64,000 nucleotides of DNA from Armatimonadota bacterium (lineage in GTDB: Bacteria; Armatimonadota; UBA5829; DTJY01): NCBI GenBank assembly GCA_025358205.1, contig JANYKG010000017.1, positions 2,238-66,237 on the forward strand, read 5' to 3'. The translations under genes were made by a program, and so were the position numbers. The notes beneath the pieces were generated by a model. That model searched no databases and was not told the DNA's origin. It was given only the letters and a program-made list of their open reading frames with translations. Of the stretch, positions 19,179-28,361 are shown piece after piece. Position 1 is the first letter of the stretch, and each line of letters starts with the position of its first letter.

Positions 19179-20306
19179 CTAATCGCTCTTCTTAGCCTTC
19201 TTCTTCGGTTCGGCCGCGGGCTTTACTTTCTTCTTCGGGCGCTCGGGGCGGAGTTCCGGCTTGAACTCGAAGAGGATCTCCTGAATGCTCGCCGCGATTG
19301 GCACCGAGAGTACCATACCTGCCAGGCCGAACAACTGCCCACCCGCCAGCAACGCGAACATGCTCAGCACCGGATGCAGCCCCACGGACTTGCCGAGGAT
19401 TCTTGGGGTCACTCCGTTGTCAAACACCAGGTTCAGCGCGATCGCACCAACCGGCGCTACCCAGATCGGGTGGCTGACTCCCGCCTCGTAGGTGGCCAAG
19501 CTGACCAGGAAAATGATAAGCACAGTCGCCCCTGCCCCAATGTACGGAACCGCGTAGAGTATGCCCGCCAGCAGCCCAAGTATCACTGCATAGCTGATCT
19601 TCAGTCCGGTGAGCAGCAGCATCTCCAGAATGCCGTAGAGGATACACACGATCAGCAACCCGCGCACGTAGTTACTGAAAACGGTTCCGACCTTGGACAT
19701 GATCTCGGTGGTGCGCTCACGCCACGGCTCGGGTATGAAAAGCGCCGACCGTTTGCGAATTTTGTCCACATCATTCAGCAGGTAGAACGAGATGAGGGGA
19801 ATCAGTATCAGCCAGAGCGCTTTCGATACATTCGCCGCGATCCACGATGATGTCGCGGAGACGGCGGCGGTGGCGCTGCCGGACACCTGGCTGCCGTATC
19901 TGGCGAAGACTTCCTGCAATGTGGTGGGAAGCTTGAACTTCACAAGCAGGGCATGGTGCGACTGCATGGAGTGTTCTGCGAAATCCTGGGCGCGCTCAGC
20001 GTAACCGGGGAAATCGCCGGCAAACTGCGAGGCTTGGTCAATGATCGCCGGAACTAGGAAGACAAGTCCCAGAATGAACGACCCGAGAAAGACCACGTAG
20101 ACTGACGCGATGGCGAAGGTTCGGGAGAATCCCATGCGCTGCATGCGGTCGAGAAGGGGATCAAGCAGCCAGGCGATGGCAAATGCTATAACAAACGGTG
20201 GGAGTATGCCCCGGACTCCCCAAAAGAACAATACCAACCCAACAATCAGCAAAGCGCTTGCCATGAATGCAAGCAAGGCCTTGTACCACGGTGTCCCGTT
20301 CTGCAA
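19179..20306 (-). CDS. AI-2E (PerM/UPF0118) family transporter
   Basis: Multi-TM; PFVIAFAIAWLLDPL, VPYIG, PRILGKSVGLHP and GMVLSVPIAA motifs. Confidence 0.88.
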   Translation of the reverse strand: MQNGTPWYKALLAFMASALLIVGLVLFFWGVRGILPPFVIAFAIAWLLDPLLDRMQRMGFSRTFAIASVYVVFLGSFILGLVFLVPAIIDQASQFAGDFPGYAERAQDFAEHSMQSHHALLVKFKLPTTLQEVFARYGSQVSGSATAAVSATSSWIAANVSKALWLILIPLISFYLLNDVDKIRKRSALFIPEPWRERTTEIMSKVGTVFSNYVRGLLIVCILYGILEMLLLTGLKISYAVILGLLAGILYAVPYIGAGATVLIIFLVSLATYEAGVSHPIWVAPVGAIALNLVFDNGVTPRILGKSVGLHPVLSMFALLAGGQLFGLAGMVLSVPIAASIQEILFEFKPELRPERPKKKVKPAAEPKKKAKKSD

Positions 20307-20328
20307 TGTTTTGCCCCCTGAGATCGGA

Positions 20329-21099
20329 CTACGCTAGCAGAAGATCTTTCAACTTCTTAAGCGCCTTCTGCTGCAGCCTGGATACGTGCATTTGTGATAT
20401 GTTGAGCTTTTGTGCGACTTCCGTCTGAGACATGTCCTTGAAGAATCTGAGGTCAATAATGGAGCGCTCTCTTTGTTCCAGAGTCCCCATTGCCTGTGTG
20501 AGGTCTCCATACTGGTTAATGTTGTCCAGTGAGGCATCTGTGCTGCCCAGGAACTCGGCCAGACTGAGCGCCGTGGATTCATCCTCATGGCTCATTTTGC
20601 TGTCCATGGAGACGGTATCATAGGCATTTCCCATCTCTATGGCTTCCAACGTCTCTTCTTCGGATGCGCCCACAAAATCGGCGATCTCCTGGATGGTAGG
20701 CACTCTGCCGAGCCTCTGCGAAAGAGCATCCGCCGCCTTGCTGGTAGCGAGGTTGAGTTCCTGAAGCCGACGTGGAACCTTCAAGCTCCACGATTTGTCA
20801 CGGAAATACCGTCGAATTTCGCCGACGATGGTGGGCGTAGCGTAGGTGGAGAACTTGGTGCCGCGCTCCGGGTCATACCTGTCAATGGCGTTAATCAGCC
20901 CGATAGTACCTACCTGCACCAGGTCTTCTATCGGTTCGCCGCGGTTCATAAACTTGCCCGCCAGGAAGCGCACCAGGTTGTGATGCATGGCGACAAGCTG
21001 ATTTCTTGTTTCGGGATCACGGTCGCGCGCGAATCTGCTGAATACCGCTTCGGCGTCTTCTACGGCCCGATCTCCTGCTGGTTTCTTAGAAGTAGTCAT
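20329..21099 (-). CDS. SigB/SigF/SigG family sigma factor
   Basis: EDLVQVGTIGLINAIDRYDPERGTKFSTYATPTIVGEIRRYFRD and ISQMHVSRL; follows rsbV-rsbW-like genes. Confidence 0.92.
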   Translation of the reverse strand: MTTSKKPAGDRAVEDAEAVFSRFARDRDPETRNQLVAMHHNLVRFLAGKFMNRGEPIEDLVQVGTIGLINAIDRYDPERGTKFSTYATPTIVGEIRRYFRDKSWSLKVPRRLQELNLATSKAADALSQRLGRVPTIQEIADFVGASEEETLEAIEMGNAYDTVSMDSKMSHEDESTALSLAEFLGSTDASLDNINQYGDLTQAMGTLEQRERSIIDLRFFKDMSQTEVAQKLNISQMHVSRLQQKALKKLKDLLLA

Positions 21100-21103
21100 G
21101 CAG

Positions 21104-21520
21104 TTACCCCGGGTACTTGACCATACTGACCAAGGTGCCTTCCGGAGTAGACTCTACCTTGAACTCATCAACCAGCAACTCCATCAACAGCGCGCCGAGT
21201 CCCTGCTCATCAAGATCAGATGCAGATTCCTCGGAATCCGCATCCGTACACTGTACGTTGTCCTGTACTTTGACGATCAGCTTATCTGCGGCAATTTCGC
21301 TTGTGATGGTTATTTCGCCGTCAGAGACATTCGCCCTCTTTGCACGCTCTACGGCGGTGGTACAGGCTTCCCCAACGGCAAGTCGGATGTCTTCCACTTC
21401 GTCGTAGGTAAATTGCATACGGCTGGCGACGCCGAGAATGGTGAGTCTCGCCACGCCGACGTATTCCGGCTTCGAGGGTATTGTCAGTTCAACAACGGGA
21501 GCTTCCATCGTGTCCGTCAC
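21104..21520 (-). CDS. rsbW: RsbW-like anti-sigma factor with degenerate kinase motifs
   Basis: PEYVGVARLTILGVASRMQFTYDEVEDIRLAVGEACT resembles Bacillus RsbW; the N-box Asn and the DxG motif are altered. Confidence 0.8.
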   Translation of the reverse strand: MTDTMEAPVVELTIPSKPEYVGVARLTILGVASRMQFTYDEVEDIRLAVGEACTTAVERAKRANVSDGEITITSEIAADKLIVKVQDNVQCTDADSEESASDLDEQGLGALLMELLVDEFKVESTPEGTLVSMVKYPG

Positions 21521-21584
21521 CTGATAGTCCTCCTTGCCAGGTGGTATTCAAACGCATCACGCCATTCCAACACGGCCTGATGCA

Positions 21585-21929
21585 CTACTGTACCTTGGCT
21601 ATCGCATCCAGGTCTGTCGCGAAGATGTCGAAAATCTTGTCCAAACCGGTGATCTCGAAAATACGCTTGATTCTTGGGTTTGGGCAGACAAGATCCAAGG
21701 TGCCGCTTCGCTCACGAAGTCTCTTCAGTCCACCTATCAGCACTCCCAAAGCCGTACTGTCAAGGTACTCCACGGAGGAGAGGTCCACGATCACATGCTT
21801 AACCCCGCCGTCCAGCAGTGCGATGATCTGCTGTTTGAGCTGAGGAGCGGTGTAAACATCAACTTCACCCTCCAGACCTATGAGCGAGGCCTGATCGTTG
21901 ATGCTTTTTGTAGCCAGTTTCAAGTTCAT
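21585..21929 (-). CDS. rsbV: STAS anti-anti-sigma factor (RsbV-like)
   Basis: GEVDVYTAPQLK, YLDSTALGVL (phospho-Ser) and RIFEITGLD motifs. Confidence 0.9.
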   Translation of the reverse strand: MNLKLATKSINDQASLIGLEGEVDVYTAPQLKQQIIALLDGGVKHVIVDLSSVEYLDSTALGVLIGGLKRLRERSGTLDLVCPNPRIKRIFEITGLDKIFDIFATDLDAIAKVQ

Positions 21930-22000
21930 AACATGTCACCTTTCTCCAATATCAGAGGCCGGGCGCGTGTTGATCTCGCCCGACCTCACGGATTACAACA

Positions 22001-22339
22001 CTAGGCCTCCACTGTATCGTCGCCAACTGCCTCAATAATCTCTTCTCGCTTCTCGGCCATGGCCTGCTTGCCCTGCTCGATGGCGTCATGCACCTTGGCC
22101 TTAGTGGTGTCTACCAGAGTTTTGGATTTCTGCACCAGGTCGTCCACGGACGTGCTCAGATCGCCGACCACATCTTCGGCTCTGGATTTCAGATCTTCCG
22201 CAGCCTTCTTCAGGTCATCGCGGGTCTCAGTCCCGGTCTTCGGCGCAAACAGCAATCCTGCTGCCGCCCCGATGATTGCGCCCAGGCCAATGCCTGCCAG
22301 TACGCTCAGTAAAACGCTTCTCTCCTCATCGTTGTTCAC
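22001..22339 (-). CDS. YtxH-domain general stress protein
   Basis: GAIIGAAAGLLFAPKTGTETRDDL signature. Confidence 0.88.
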   Translation of the reverse strand: MNNDEERSVLLSVLAGIGLGAIIGAAAGLLFAPKTGTETRDDLKKAAEDLKSRAEDVVGDLSTSVDDLVQKSKTLVDTTKAKVHDAIEQGKQAMAEKREEIIEAVGDDTVEA

Positions 22340-22755
22340 TTAGTGGTACCCTCCTTGTCAGTTTGACGAGGCCCTCTAAGGGCCTTTATTCCCTGCTTGA
22401 TTCCTTCATAAACACTTGCCAGGCCATCGGTTGACGACTTTACAATATTGAGAGCGGCTGACGCGGTCTCCACGGTGTCCACCACGCGCTCTATACCGGC
22501 GGCGGCGTTGTCTACGTGTCGGACGGTTTCCGTGAGTTCCACTACCAGGCGATCCACGTCCAACAGTGCGTTGCGCGCGTGTTGCGTTGTCTGCGTCAGT
22601 TCGTCTTCCGTCGTGTTCATCAGACTGGACAGATCTTCAGCAGTTCGTCCCAGTTTTCTGGCTTCGCGCAATACCCCTGAAATCAGCATTGCGATCGCAC
22701 CGGCAATAACCAGCGCTGCGATGGATAGCGCTGCATACAGTACGTTTAGCACCAT
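22336..22755 (-). CDS. DUF948/YtxG-like membrane-anchored helical protein
   Basis: N-terminal TM helix plus amphipathic helical body, directly upstream of and overlapping the YtxH gene. Confidence 0.65.
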   Translation of the reverse strand: MVLNVLYAALSIAALVIAGAIAMLISGVLREARKLGRTAEDLSSLMNTTEDELTQTTQHARNALLDVDRLVVELTETVRHVDNAAAGIERVVDTVETASAALNIVKSSTDGLASVYEGIKQGIKALRGPRQTDKEGTTK

Positions 22756-22801
22756 CGTCCTCCTGGTTCCGACGAGTGTAAAAAAGACTCCTCACTCATC
22801 A

Positions 22802-23863
22802 TTAGTCGGCGTTGAGTATCGTTCCTCCACCGACAATAATATCATCATTGTAGCACACAACTGCCTGCCCCGGTGTGATGGCTCTCTGCGGCTCGTCGAA
22901 GGTCACCCGAACCATTCCGTCGGGTAATGGTGTGAGCACGGCAGGACAGTCTTTCATATTATAGCGCACCTTTGCGGTCACCGCAATCGGTTTTTCAAGC
23001 TTTTTTATGGAAATCAAGTTGAAATCCGTTGCGAGAAGATTAGCGCAATACAGATCTGCGTTTTGCCCTACGACTACTGCGTTCCTCTCCGGGTCCAGGC
23101 GTATTGTGTAGAGCGGTTCACGGGCGGCGATTCCTATGCGTTTCCGCTGCCCGACCGTATAGAACGCAATCCCATTGTGCCGCCCGATCTCATTTCCAGT
23201 CGTGTCCAGAATGGGTCCCGGCGCCATTGCGTCCGGCGCATACTTCTGCAGGAATGCCGGGTAGTCCTTGTTATCTACAAAACATATTTCCTGGCTGTCC
23301 GGCTTGTCGAAAACCTCCAGGCCAATTCGCTCTGCCAGCGCGCGGGTCTCGTCTTTCTTCATATCGCCGAGTGGGGCGATTATCCGCGACAACTGATCTT
23401 GGTTTAAGCCGCACAACGCGTAGGACTGATCCTTGCTTGCGTCCAGCCCGCGCATCAGGAGCCGACGCCCGGTTTCCTCATTATATGACACTCGAACATA
23501 GTGACCGGTTGCCATTCGTTCAGCTTCCAGTGTGCGCGCATGTTCCATCAACACTCCGAACTTGATTCGCGGGTTGCACCGCACGCACGGGTTGGGTGTT
23601 CGTCCATGTGCATACTCTGAAACGAAGTCGCGGATGACCTCGCGTTCGAACACGTCCCTCAGGTCAACCACATGGTGCTGTATGCCCAGCTTATCTGCCA
23701 TCCGGCGGGCGTCTTCTACAGCCTGCGTGCATCTATCATCCTCGGGCTTTACGCGCATGGTCAGCCCCACTACGTCGAAGCCTTGTTCCACTAGCATCGC
23801 CGCAGCTACCGAGCTGTCTACGCCGCCACTCATGGCCACCGCTACCCTGGTCTTTGCCGTCAC
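22802..23863 (-). CDS. mnmA: tRNA 2-thiouridylase MnmA
   Basis: AMSGGVDSS, TPNPCVRCN, ATGHY, KDQSY, DSQEICF and ITPGQAVV motifs. Confidence 0.95.
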   Translation of the reverse strand: MTAKTRVAVAMSGGVDSSVAAAMLVEQGFDVVGLTMRVKPEDDRCTQAVEDARRMADKLGIQHHVVDLRDVFEREVIRDFVSEYAHGRTPNPCVRCNPRIKFGVLMEHARTLEAERMATGHYVRVSYNEETGRRLLMRGLDASKDQSYALCGLNQDQLSRIIAPLGDMKKDETRALAERIGLEVFDKPDSQEICFVDNKDYPAFLQKYAPDAMAPGPILDTTGNEIGRHNGIAFYTVGQRKRIGIAAREPLYTIRLDPERNAVVVGQNADLYCANLLATDFNLISIKKLEKPIAVTAKVRYNMKDCPAVLTPLPDGMVRVTFDEPQRAITPGQAVVCYNDDIIVGGGTILNAD

Positions 23864-25227
23864 CTGTCTTTCCCCTTACTGTTCGCGCGAATTATCTCAA
23901 GCCGTTCCTTGATGATCCTTTCGCGGCCGTTGTCTGTCGGCTCGTAATACGGGGCAGACTTGATTCCGTCCGGCATATACTGTTGTTCTACCCAATGTCC
24001 GGGGTAATCATGCGCATACTTGTAACCTTTTCCGTGTCCAAGCGCTTTCGCGCCCTTATAGCTGCTGTCTCTGAGGTGAATCGGCACCGGTTTCGACTGT
24101 TTCTCGGTAACATCCTTCAGAGCACGTGTTATGCCCACATACGCCGCGTTGCTCTTCGGGGCACATGCAAGATAGACCGCCGCCTGTGCAATCGGTATGC
24201 GTGCTTCCGGCATGCCCACGTACTCCACCGCATGTGCCGCTGCGTTCGCCAAAACCAACGCCATGGGGTCTGCATTTCCTATGTCTTCTGCTGCGCAGAC
24301 AATTATCCGCCGGACGATAAACCTCGCATCCTCTCCCGCGTAGATCATACGCGCAAGCCAGTAGAGCGCCGCATCCGGGTCAGACCCGCGCATGGATTTG
24401 ATAAACGCGGATATCACATCGTAGTGGCTGTCACCGGTCTTGTCGTAGTTGAGCGATCTGTGCTGCAGGGCCTCTTCCGCTATACCAAGGGTGACCTTGC
24501 GCTTGCCTCTCTTGTCGGGCGGCACGGTCAGCGCGGCGATTTCCAGGGCGTTCAGCGCCACTCGGGCGTCACCGTTCGCTATGTTCAGCAGGTGGGCCAT
24601 GGCATCGTCCGTGACCGCGATTTTCCAGTTGCCCAGTCCGCGTTCCTTGTCTTCCACTGCCCGCAGCATTATGGTCTTCAGATCTTCTTCGCCAAGCTGT
24701 TCGAAGCGGAATATGCGCGACCTGGAGATGAGCGGGGAGTTCACTTCAAAGTACGGGTTTTCGGTCGTCGCGCCTATCAGCGTGATCGTTCCGTCTTCAA
24801 CATGGGGAAGAAAGGCGTCCTGCTGTGATTTGTTAAACCGATGAATCTCGTCCACAAAGAGGATTGTCTTGTGTCCGTAGAATTTCTTCTGCTCTTTGGC
24901 CTTCTCTATGATCTTGCGGATATCGGCCACGCCGGATACGACCGCGCTGAAGTTCTCGAAGTTGGACTTGGTAGAGCGGGCTATGGTGGCGGCGAGGCTG
25001 CTTTTGCCGGAACCGGGCGGCCCCCAGAAGATGGCGGACTGTAGTTCGTCCTGTTCAATAGCGCGGCGGAGCAGGGTGCCGGGACCGATGATCTGTTCCT
25101 GGCCTACAAACTCATCTATGGTGCGGGGGCGCATGCGGGCGGCGAGCGGCATTCCTGTTTCGCCGGATGCCTCCGCGGCTTTGTCGAACAGATCTGCGGG
25201 CTGCGAATCCTTCCCAGCCGGTCTCAT
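23860..25227 (-). CDS. rarA: Replication-associated recombination protein A (RarA/MgsA)
   Basis: PLAARMRP, WGPPGSGKS, DEIHRFNKSQQDAFLP, GATTENP and SAFIKSMRGSDPDAA motifs; start placed at ATG 25227. Confidence 0.95.
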   Translation of the reverse strand: MRPAGKDSQPADLFDKAAEASGETGMPLAARMRPRTIDEFVGQEQIIGPGTLLRRAIEQDELQSAIFWGPPGSGKSSLAATIARSTKSNFENFSAVVSGVADIRKIIEKAKEQKKFYGHKTILFVDEIHRFNKSQQDAFLPHVEDGTITLIGATTENPYFEVNSPLISRSRIFRFEQLGEEDLKTIMLRAVEDKERGLGNWKIAVTDDAMAHLLNIANGDARVALNALEIAALTVPPDKRGKRKVTLGIAEEALQHRSLNYDKTGDSHYDVISAFIKSMRGSDPDAALYWLARMIYAGEDARFIVRRIIVCAAEDIGNADPMALVLANAAAHAVEYVGMPEARIPIAQAAVYLACAPKSNAAYVGITRALKDVTEKQSKPVPIHLRDSSYKGAKALGHGKGYKYAHDYPGHWVEQQYMPDGIKSAPYYEPTDNGRERIIKERLEIIRANSKGKDR

Positions 25228-25247
25228 AATGAATGCCCCCGATAGCG

Positions 25248-25322
25248 AAATGGCTGATGGCTCATGGTCAACGAATAGCGGGCAATTGCCCAAACAACAT
25301 CAACCATCAACCACCAGCCATA
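25248..25322. repeat. ORF-less inverted heptamer-arm element (ATGGCT / AGCCAT family)
   Basis: AATGGCT GATGGCT CATGGTC ... GGGCAATTGCCC ... ATCAACC ATCAACC ACCAGCCAT. Confidence 0.7.
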
Positions 25323-25327
25323 AAAAT

Positions 25328-25521
25328 GAGAAACCCCGCGGATGCCGTGTGCCTAGCAAGCTTTTGAACCCGTTCAAAACCACGGGCGGATGTCCTCTCG
25401 TATGCTTTGCGATTCCCCGTGTTGCTGGGGCTGCCACGTCGGCGTACGAATTAGACTCCTTTAATCTTTGAGTGTAGGCTCAAAACTTCTTCAGCGAAGC
25501 ACGTACACAGCAGGGCTTCTC
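25328..25521 (-). ncRNA. ssrS: 6S RNA
   Basis: The minus strand reads GAGAAGCCCTGCTGTGTAC...TTTGAGCCTACAC...GGAGTC...GAGGACATCCGCCCGT...ACGGGTTCAAAA...ACGGCATCCGCGGGGTTTCTC. It has a closing stem and resembles Bacillus-type 6S RNA, and its position between aspS and rarA matches known 6S synteny. Confidence 0.8.
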
Positions 25522-25546
25522 CTGAAACCACTGGCTTGGACTATTC

Positions 25547-25597
25547 AGTCCAAGGCCTTCTGAGCAGCATTCACGCTGTTCGTGAATGCTATGGACT
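25547..25597. repeat. Partial family B repeat in the 6S leader
   Basis: GGCCTTCTGAGCAGCATTCACGCTGTTCGTGAATGCTATGGAC retains the GCCTTCTGAGC linker and the ATTCAC/GTGAAT stem. Confidence 0.65.
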
Positions 25598-25616
25598 TAT
25601 TCCCTTGCATGAGTTC

Positions 25617-25645
25617 ATTCTATCACACCTTACCCTTTTTCGCAA
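25617..25645 (-). promoter_or_regulatory. Putative sigma70 promoter for the 6S RNA precursor
   Basis: TTGCGA-N17-TAGAAT on the minus strand. Confidence 0.55.
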
Positions 25646-25669
25646 TCCAGTAATGTTACCTGTTTCGGT

Positions 25670-26290
25670 TCATTTTCTGTTGAACTCGGTCGCCCGCTGC
25701 ATGGCCTTCTTGAAGCGTAGGAATGCCACAAAATGCGACAGCGCGTTGACCGTCGAAACGATCGCAGTTGTCATCAGTGCGAGTACACCCATCATGGCGA
25801 ACCACTGCTTGCCCAGTCCCAACACTAACGTCGAAAGTCCAATAACCGCCAGCATGACTCCGCCGCACTGAGGCCCGCACGCGCGGATCATCTGCCTGGA
25901 TTCCATGCGGACGAGGGAGTAGTGCGCTTCTTGGAGTGTATCCAGATGCTCTCGCAGGTCGTCAGGGATTTCGGCGCAGTCGAACGCCTGCAGGTAGTAC
26001 ATGGCCATTTGGGTGTTTCGATGGCTCAGTGCGCGCGCGGCGACGGCGAGGACCTTTCGGTATGCGATACGCGCATCATCATCCCACAGACCCGCCTGCA
26101 ACCAGTAAACCGCGGCATTCCGGTGGTCGCCGTGGTCGTAGTAGATTTGTCCCAGCAGCGTCAGCGCCGCCTCGTGGTCGGGCTGCAACTGGATGACCGA
26201 CCTGAGGCGATCTTTGGCCTTGCGAACATCTCCTCGCGCCAGATCGTCAGCCGCCTTCGTGACAACGCGTTCCAGCTTGTCTTGATCCAT
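25670..26290 (-). CDS. TPR-containing membrane protein
   Basis: TPR-like helices (QPDHEAALTLLGQIYYDHGDHRNA) and two C-terminal TM segments. Confidence 0.65.
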   Translation of the reverse strand: MDQDKLERVVTKAADDLARGDVRKAKDRLRSVIQLQPDHEAALTLLGQIYYDHGDHRNAAVYWLQAGLWDDDARIAYRKVLAVAARALSHRNTQMAMYYLQAFDCAEIPDDLREHLDTLQEAHYSLVRMESRQMIRACGPQCGGVMLAVIGLSTLVLGLGKQWFAMMGVLALMTTAIVSTVNALSHFVAFLRFKKAMQRATEFNRK

Positions 26291-26321
26291 AAGGCAAACC
26301 CGCGCACAGCATTCGAGACAT

Positions 26322-26422
26322 TAGATTCTCAGATATCAGATATCAGATTTGGGATCTCAGATTTGAAATCTCAAATTCCGATCCGCGGCCCCCAATCCGA
26401 GATCCGCAATCCGAACTCCGCA
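26322..26422. repeat. Degenerate heptamer tandem repeats
   Basis: AGATATC AGATATC AGATTTG GGATCTC AGATTTG AAATCTC, then GATCCGC ... AATCCGA GATCCGC AATCCGA ACTCCGC. Confidence 0.75.
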
Positions 26423-26426
26423 CTTG

Positions 26427-28214
26427 TCACACCATCCGCACGTCGGAGGCCTTGCCTTCGCGCAGCTTGATGTGCAGTTCGGTGAGCTGCTCTTCAGTTA
26501 CCTGTGACGGCGCCTCGGTCATCGGGTCAACCGCGGTCGCGGTCTTCGGGAACGCGATTACCTCGCGGATGTTGTCGTCATCGGTCAGCAGCATCACAAG
26601 ACGGTCTATTCCGGGAGCGATTCCACCGTGCGGCGGCGCGCCGAACTCAAACGCCTCAAGCAGGTGGCCGAACCGCGCCTGCTGCTCTTCCGGGGAGTGG
26701 GCCAGCAGGTCGAATATCTTCGACTGGATGTCGCGTCTGTGAATCCTGACGCTTCCGCTCGCGCACTCGCTTCCGTTGCAGGCCAGGTCGTAGGCATTCG
26801 AGCGGCATGCGCCCGGGTCGGTCTCCAGCAGCGCGATGTCCTCTTCAAGAGGCATGGTGAACGGGTGATGCTCGGAGTCCCACCGCTTGCCTTCTTCGTC
26901 CCACTTGAACATCGGGAAGTCCACAATCCACGCAAAGTAGAGCATGTTCGGGTCGCGCAGACCGAGCTTGTCGCCGATCTCAAGCCGCAGTCGCGAGAGT
27001 GTGTTCGCCACTGTCTTGGCGTCGTCGGCCACGATCATGACCATGTCGCCAACCTTCGCGCCAGCCTTCTCTACAATCGCGCCAACCACGTCTTCTATGT
27101 ACTTCAGGCTCGGGGACTTGATGCCTTCCTCGGTGATTTGAATGGTCACCAGACCCTTGCCGCCGAAGGTCTTGGACAGCTCGATCAGGTCATCTACCTG
27201 CTTCCGGCTGTAGGACGCCATGCCGGGGCCGAGCAGCGCCTTGATCTCGCCGCCCTTCGCAAGCGTGTTCTTGAATACCTGGAACTCGCTGCCTTCCACC
27301 ACGTCGGCCAGGTTCACCAGTTCGAGGCCGAAGCGCATGTCCGGCTTGTCGGAGCCGAATCGTTCCATTGAGTCTGCATATGTCAGTTTCGGGAACGGCT
27401 TCACGCACTTTTTGGCGCTGAGCTTCTCGACGATCTCGATGAACAACTCCTCAACCAAGTCGAGGATGTCGTCTCGCTTGACGAACGACATCTCAACGTC
27501 GAGCTGTGTGAACTCCGGCTGGCGGTCGGCTCGCGGGTCCTCGTCGCGGAAGCACTTGGCGATCTGGAAATACCGCTCGATGCCTGCCACCATCAGAAGC
27601 TGCTTGAGCTGCTGGGGCGACTGAGGCAGCGCGTAGAAATGGCCGGGGTAAAGTCGGCTCGGCACCAAGTAGTCGCGTGCGCCTTCCGGGGTGCTCTTGA
27701 TCAGGATGGGCGTCTCGACCTCAATGAACTCGCGTGCGTCAAAGAAGTCGCGCATCAGCTTGATCAGCTTGTGCCGAAGTACCAGCTTCTCTTGCATCAC
27801 GGGGCGGCGCAGGTCGAGATACCGATACTTCAAGCGGATAAGCTCGTCCACATCAACCTGGTCGGAGATGGGGAAGGGCGGTGTCTTGGCGGTGTTCAGC
27901 ACGACGATGCTCTCGGTCGCGATCTCGATCTCGCCGGTCTTCAGCTTCGGGTTCTCAGTGCCTTCCGGCCGCTTGCGAACCGTGCCGCGAATACTGAGCA
28001 CGAACTCACTGCGCACGTCTTCGGCAGCCTTGTGGGCTTCCGCTGCCACGGCGGGGTCAACCACGACCTGCACGGTGCCCCAGCGGTCGCGGAGGTCAAT
28101 GAAGATCAAGTTGCCGTGGTCGCGTCTGCGCTGCACCCATCCGTTCAGCGTGATCTCAGTTCCTATTTCCTTAGCGGTTACTTCACCGCACTTATGAGTT
28201 CGTCTCCAGTCCAT
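26427..28214 (-). CDS. aspS: Aspartate--tRNA ligase (probably the non-discriminating Asp/Asn type)
   Basis: [34 protein letters not shown] and [14 protein letters not shown] motifs; His in RDHG is typical of ND-AspRS. Confidence 0.96.
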   Translation of the reverse strand: MDWRRTHKCGEVTAKEIGTEITLNGWVQRRRDHGNLIFIDLRDRWGTVQVVVDPAVAAEAHKAAEDVRSEFVLSIRGTVRKRPEGTENPKLKTGEIEIATESIVVLNTAKTPPFPISDQVDVDELIRLKYRYLDLRRPVMQEKLVLRHKLIKLMRDFFDAREFIEVETPILIKSTPEGARDYLVPSRLYPGHFYALPQSPQQLKQLLMVAGIERYFQIAKCFRDEDPRADRQPEFTQLDVEMSFVKRDDILDLVEELFIEIVEKLSAKKCVKPFPKLTYADSMERFGSDKPDMRFGLELVNLADVVEGSEFQVFKNTLAKGGEIKALLGPGMASYSRKQVDDLIELSKTFGGKGLVTIQITEEGIKSPSLKYIEDVVGAIVEKAGAKVGDMVMIVADDAKTVANTLSRLRLEIGDKLGLRDPNMLYFAWIVDFPMFKWDEEGKRWDSEHHPFTMPLEEDIALLETDPGACRSNAYDLACNGSECASGSVRIHRRDIQSKIFDLLAHSPEEQQARFGHLLEAFEFGAPPHGGIAPGIDRLVMLLTDDDNIREVIAFPKTATAVDPMTEAPSQVTEEQLTELHIKLREGKASDVRMV

Positions 28215-28223
28215 GTCTAGCCC

Positions 28224-28361
28224 CTCTTCCTCGTCCTTGTGCTGTTCCTCTTACTCTTACTCGTACTCGAAAATCTTTATAAGTGATGAGTGATACGTGA
28301 ACTCCTTCGACGGTTCTACCTGACTCCCAGGCCCAGTTCACTCATCACTTATCACTCATCA
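28224..28361. repeat. Hexamer tract plus inverted heptamer-arm element in the hisS-aspS spacer
   Basis: CTCTTC CTCGTC...CTCTTA CTCTTA CTCGTA CTCGAA; then AAGTGATGAGTGATACGTGAAC ... GTTCACTCATCACTTATCACTCATCA. Confidence 0.75.
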
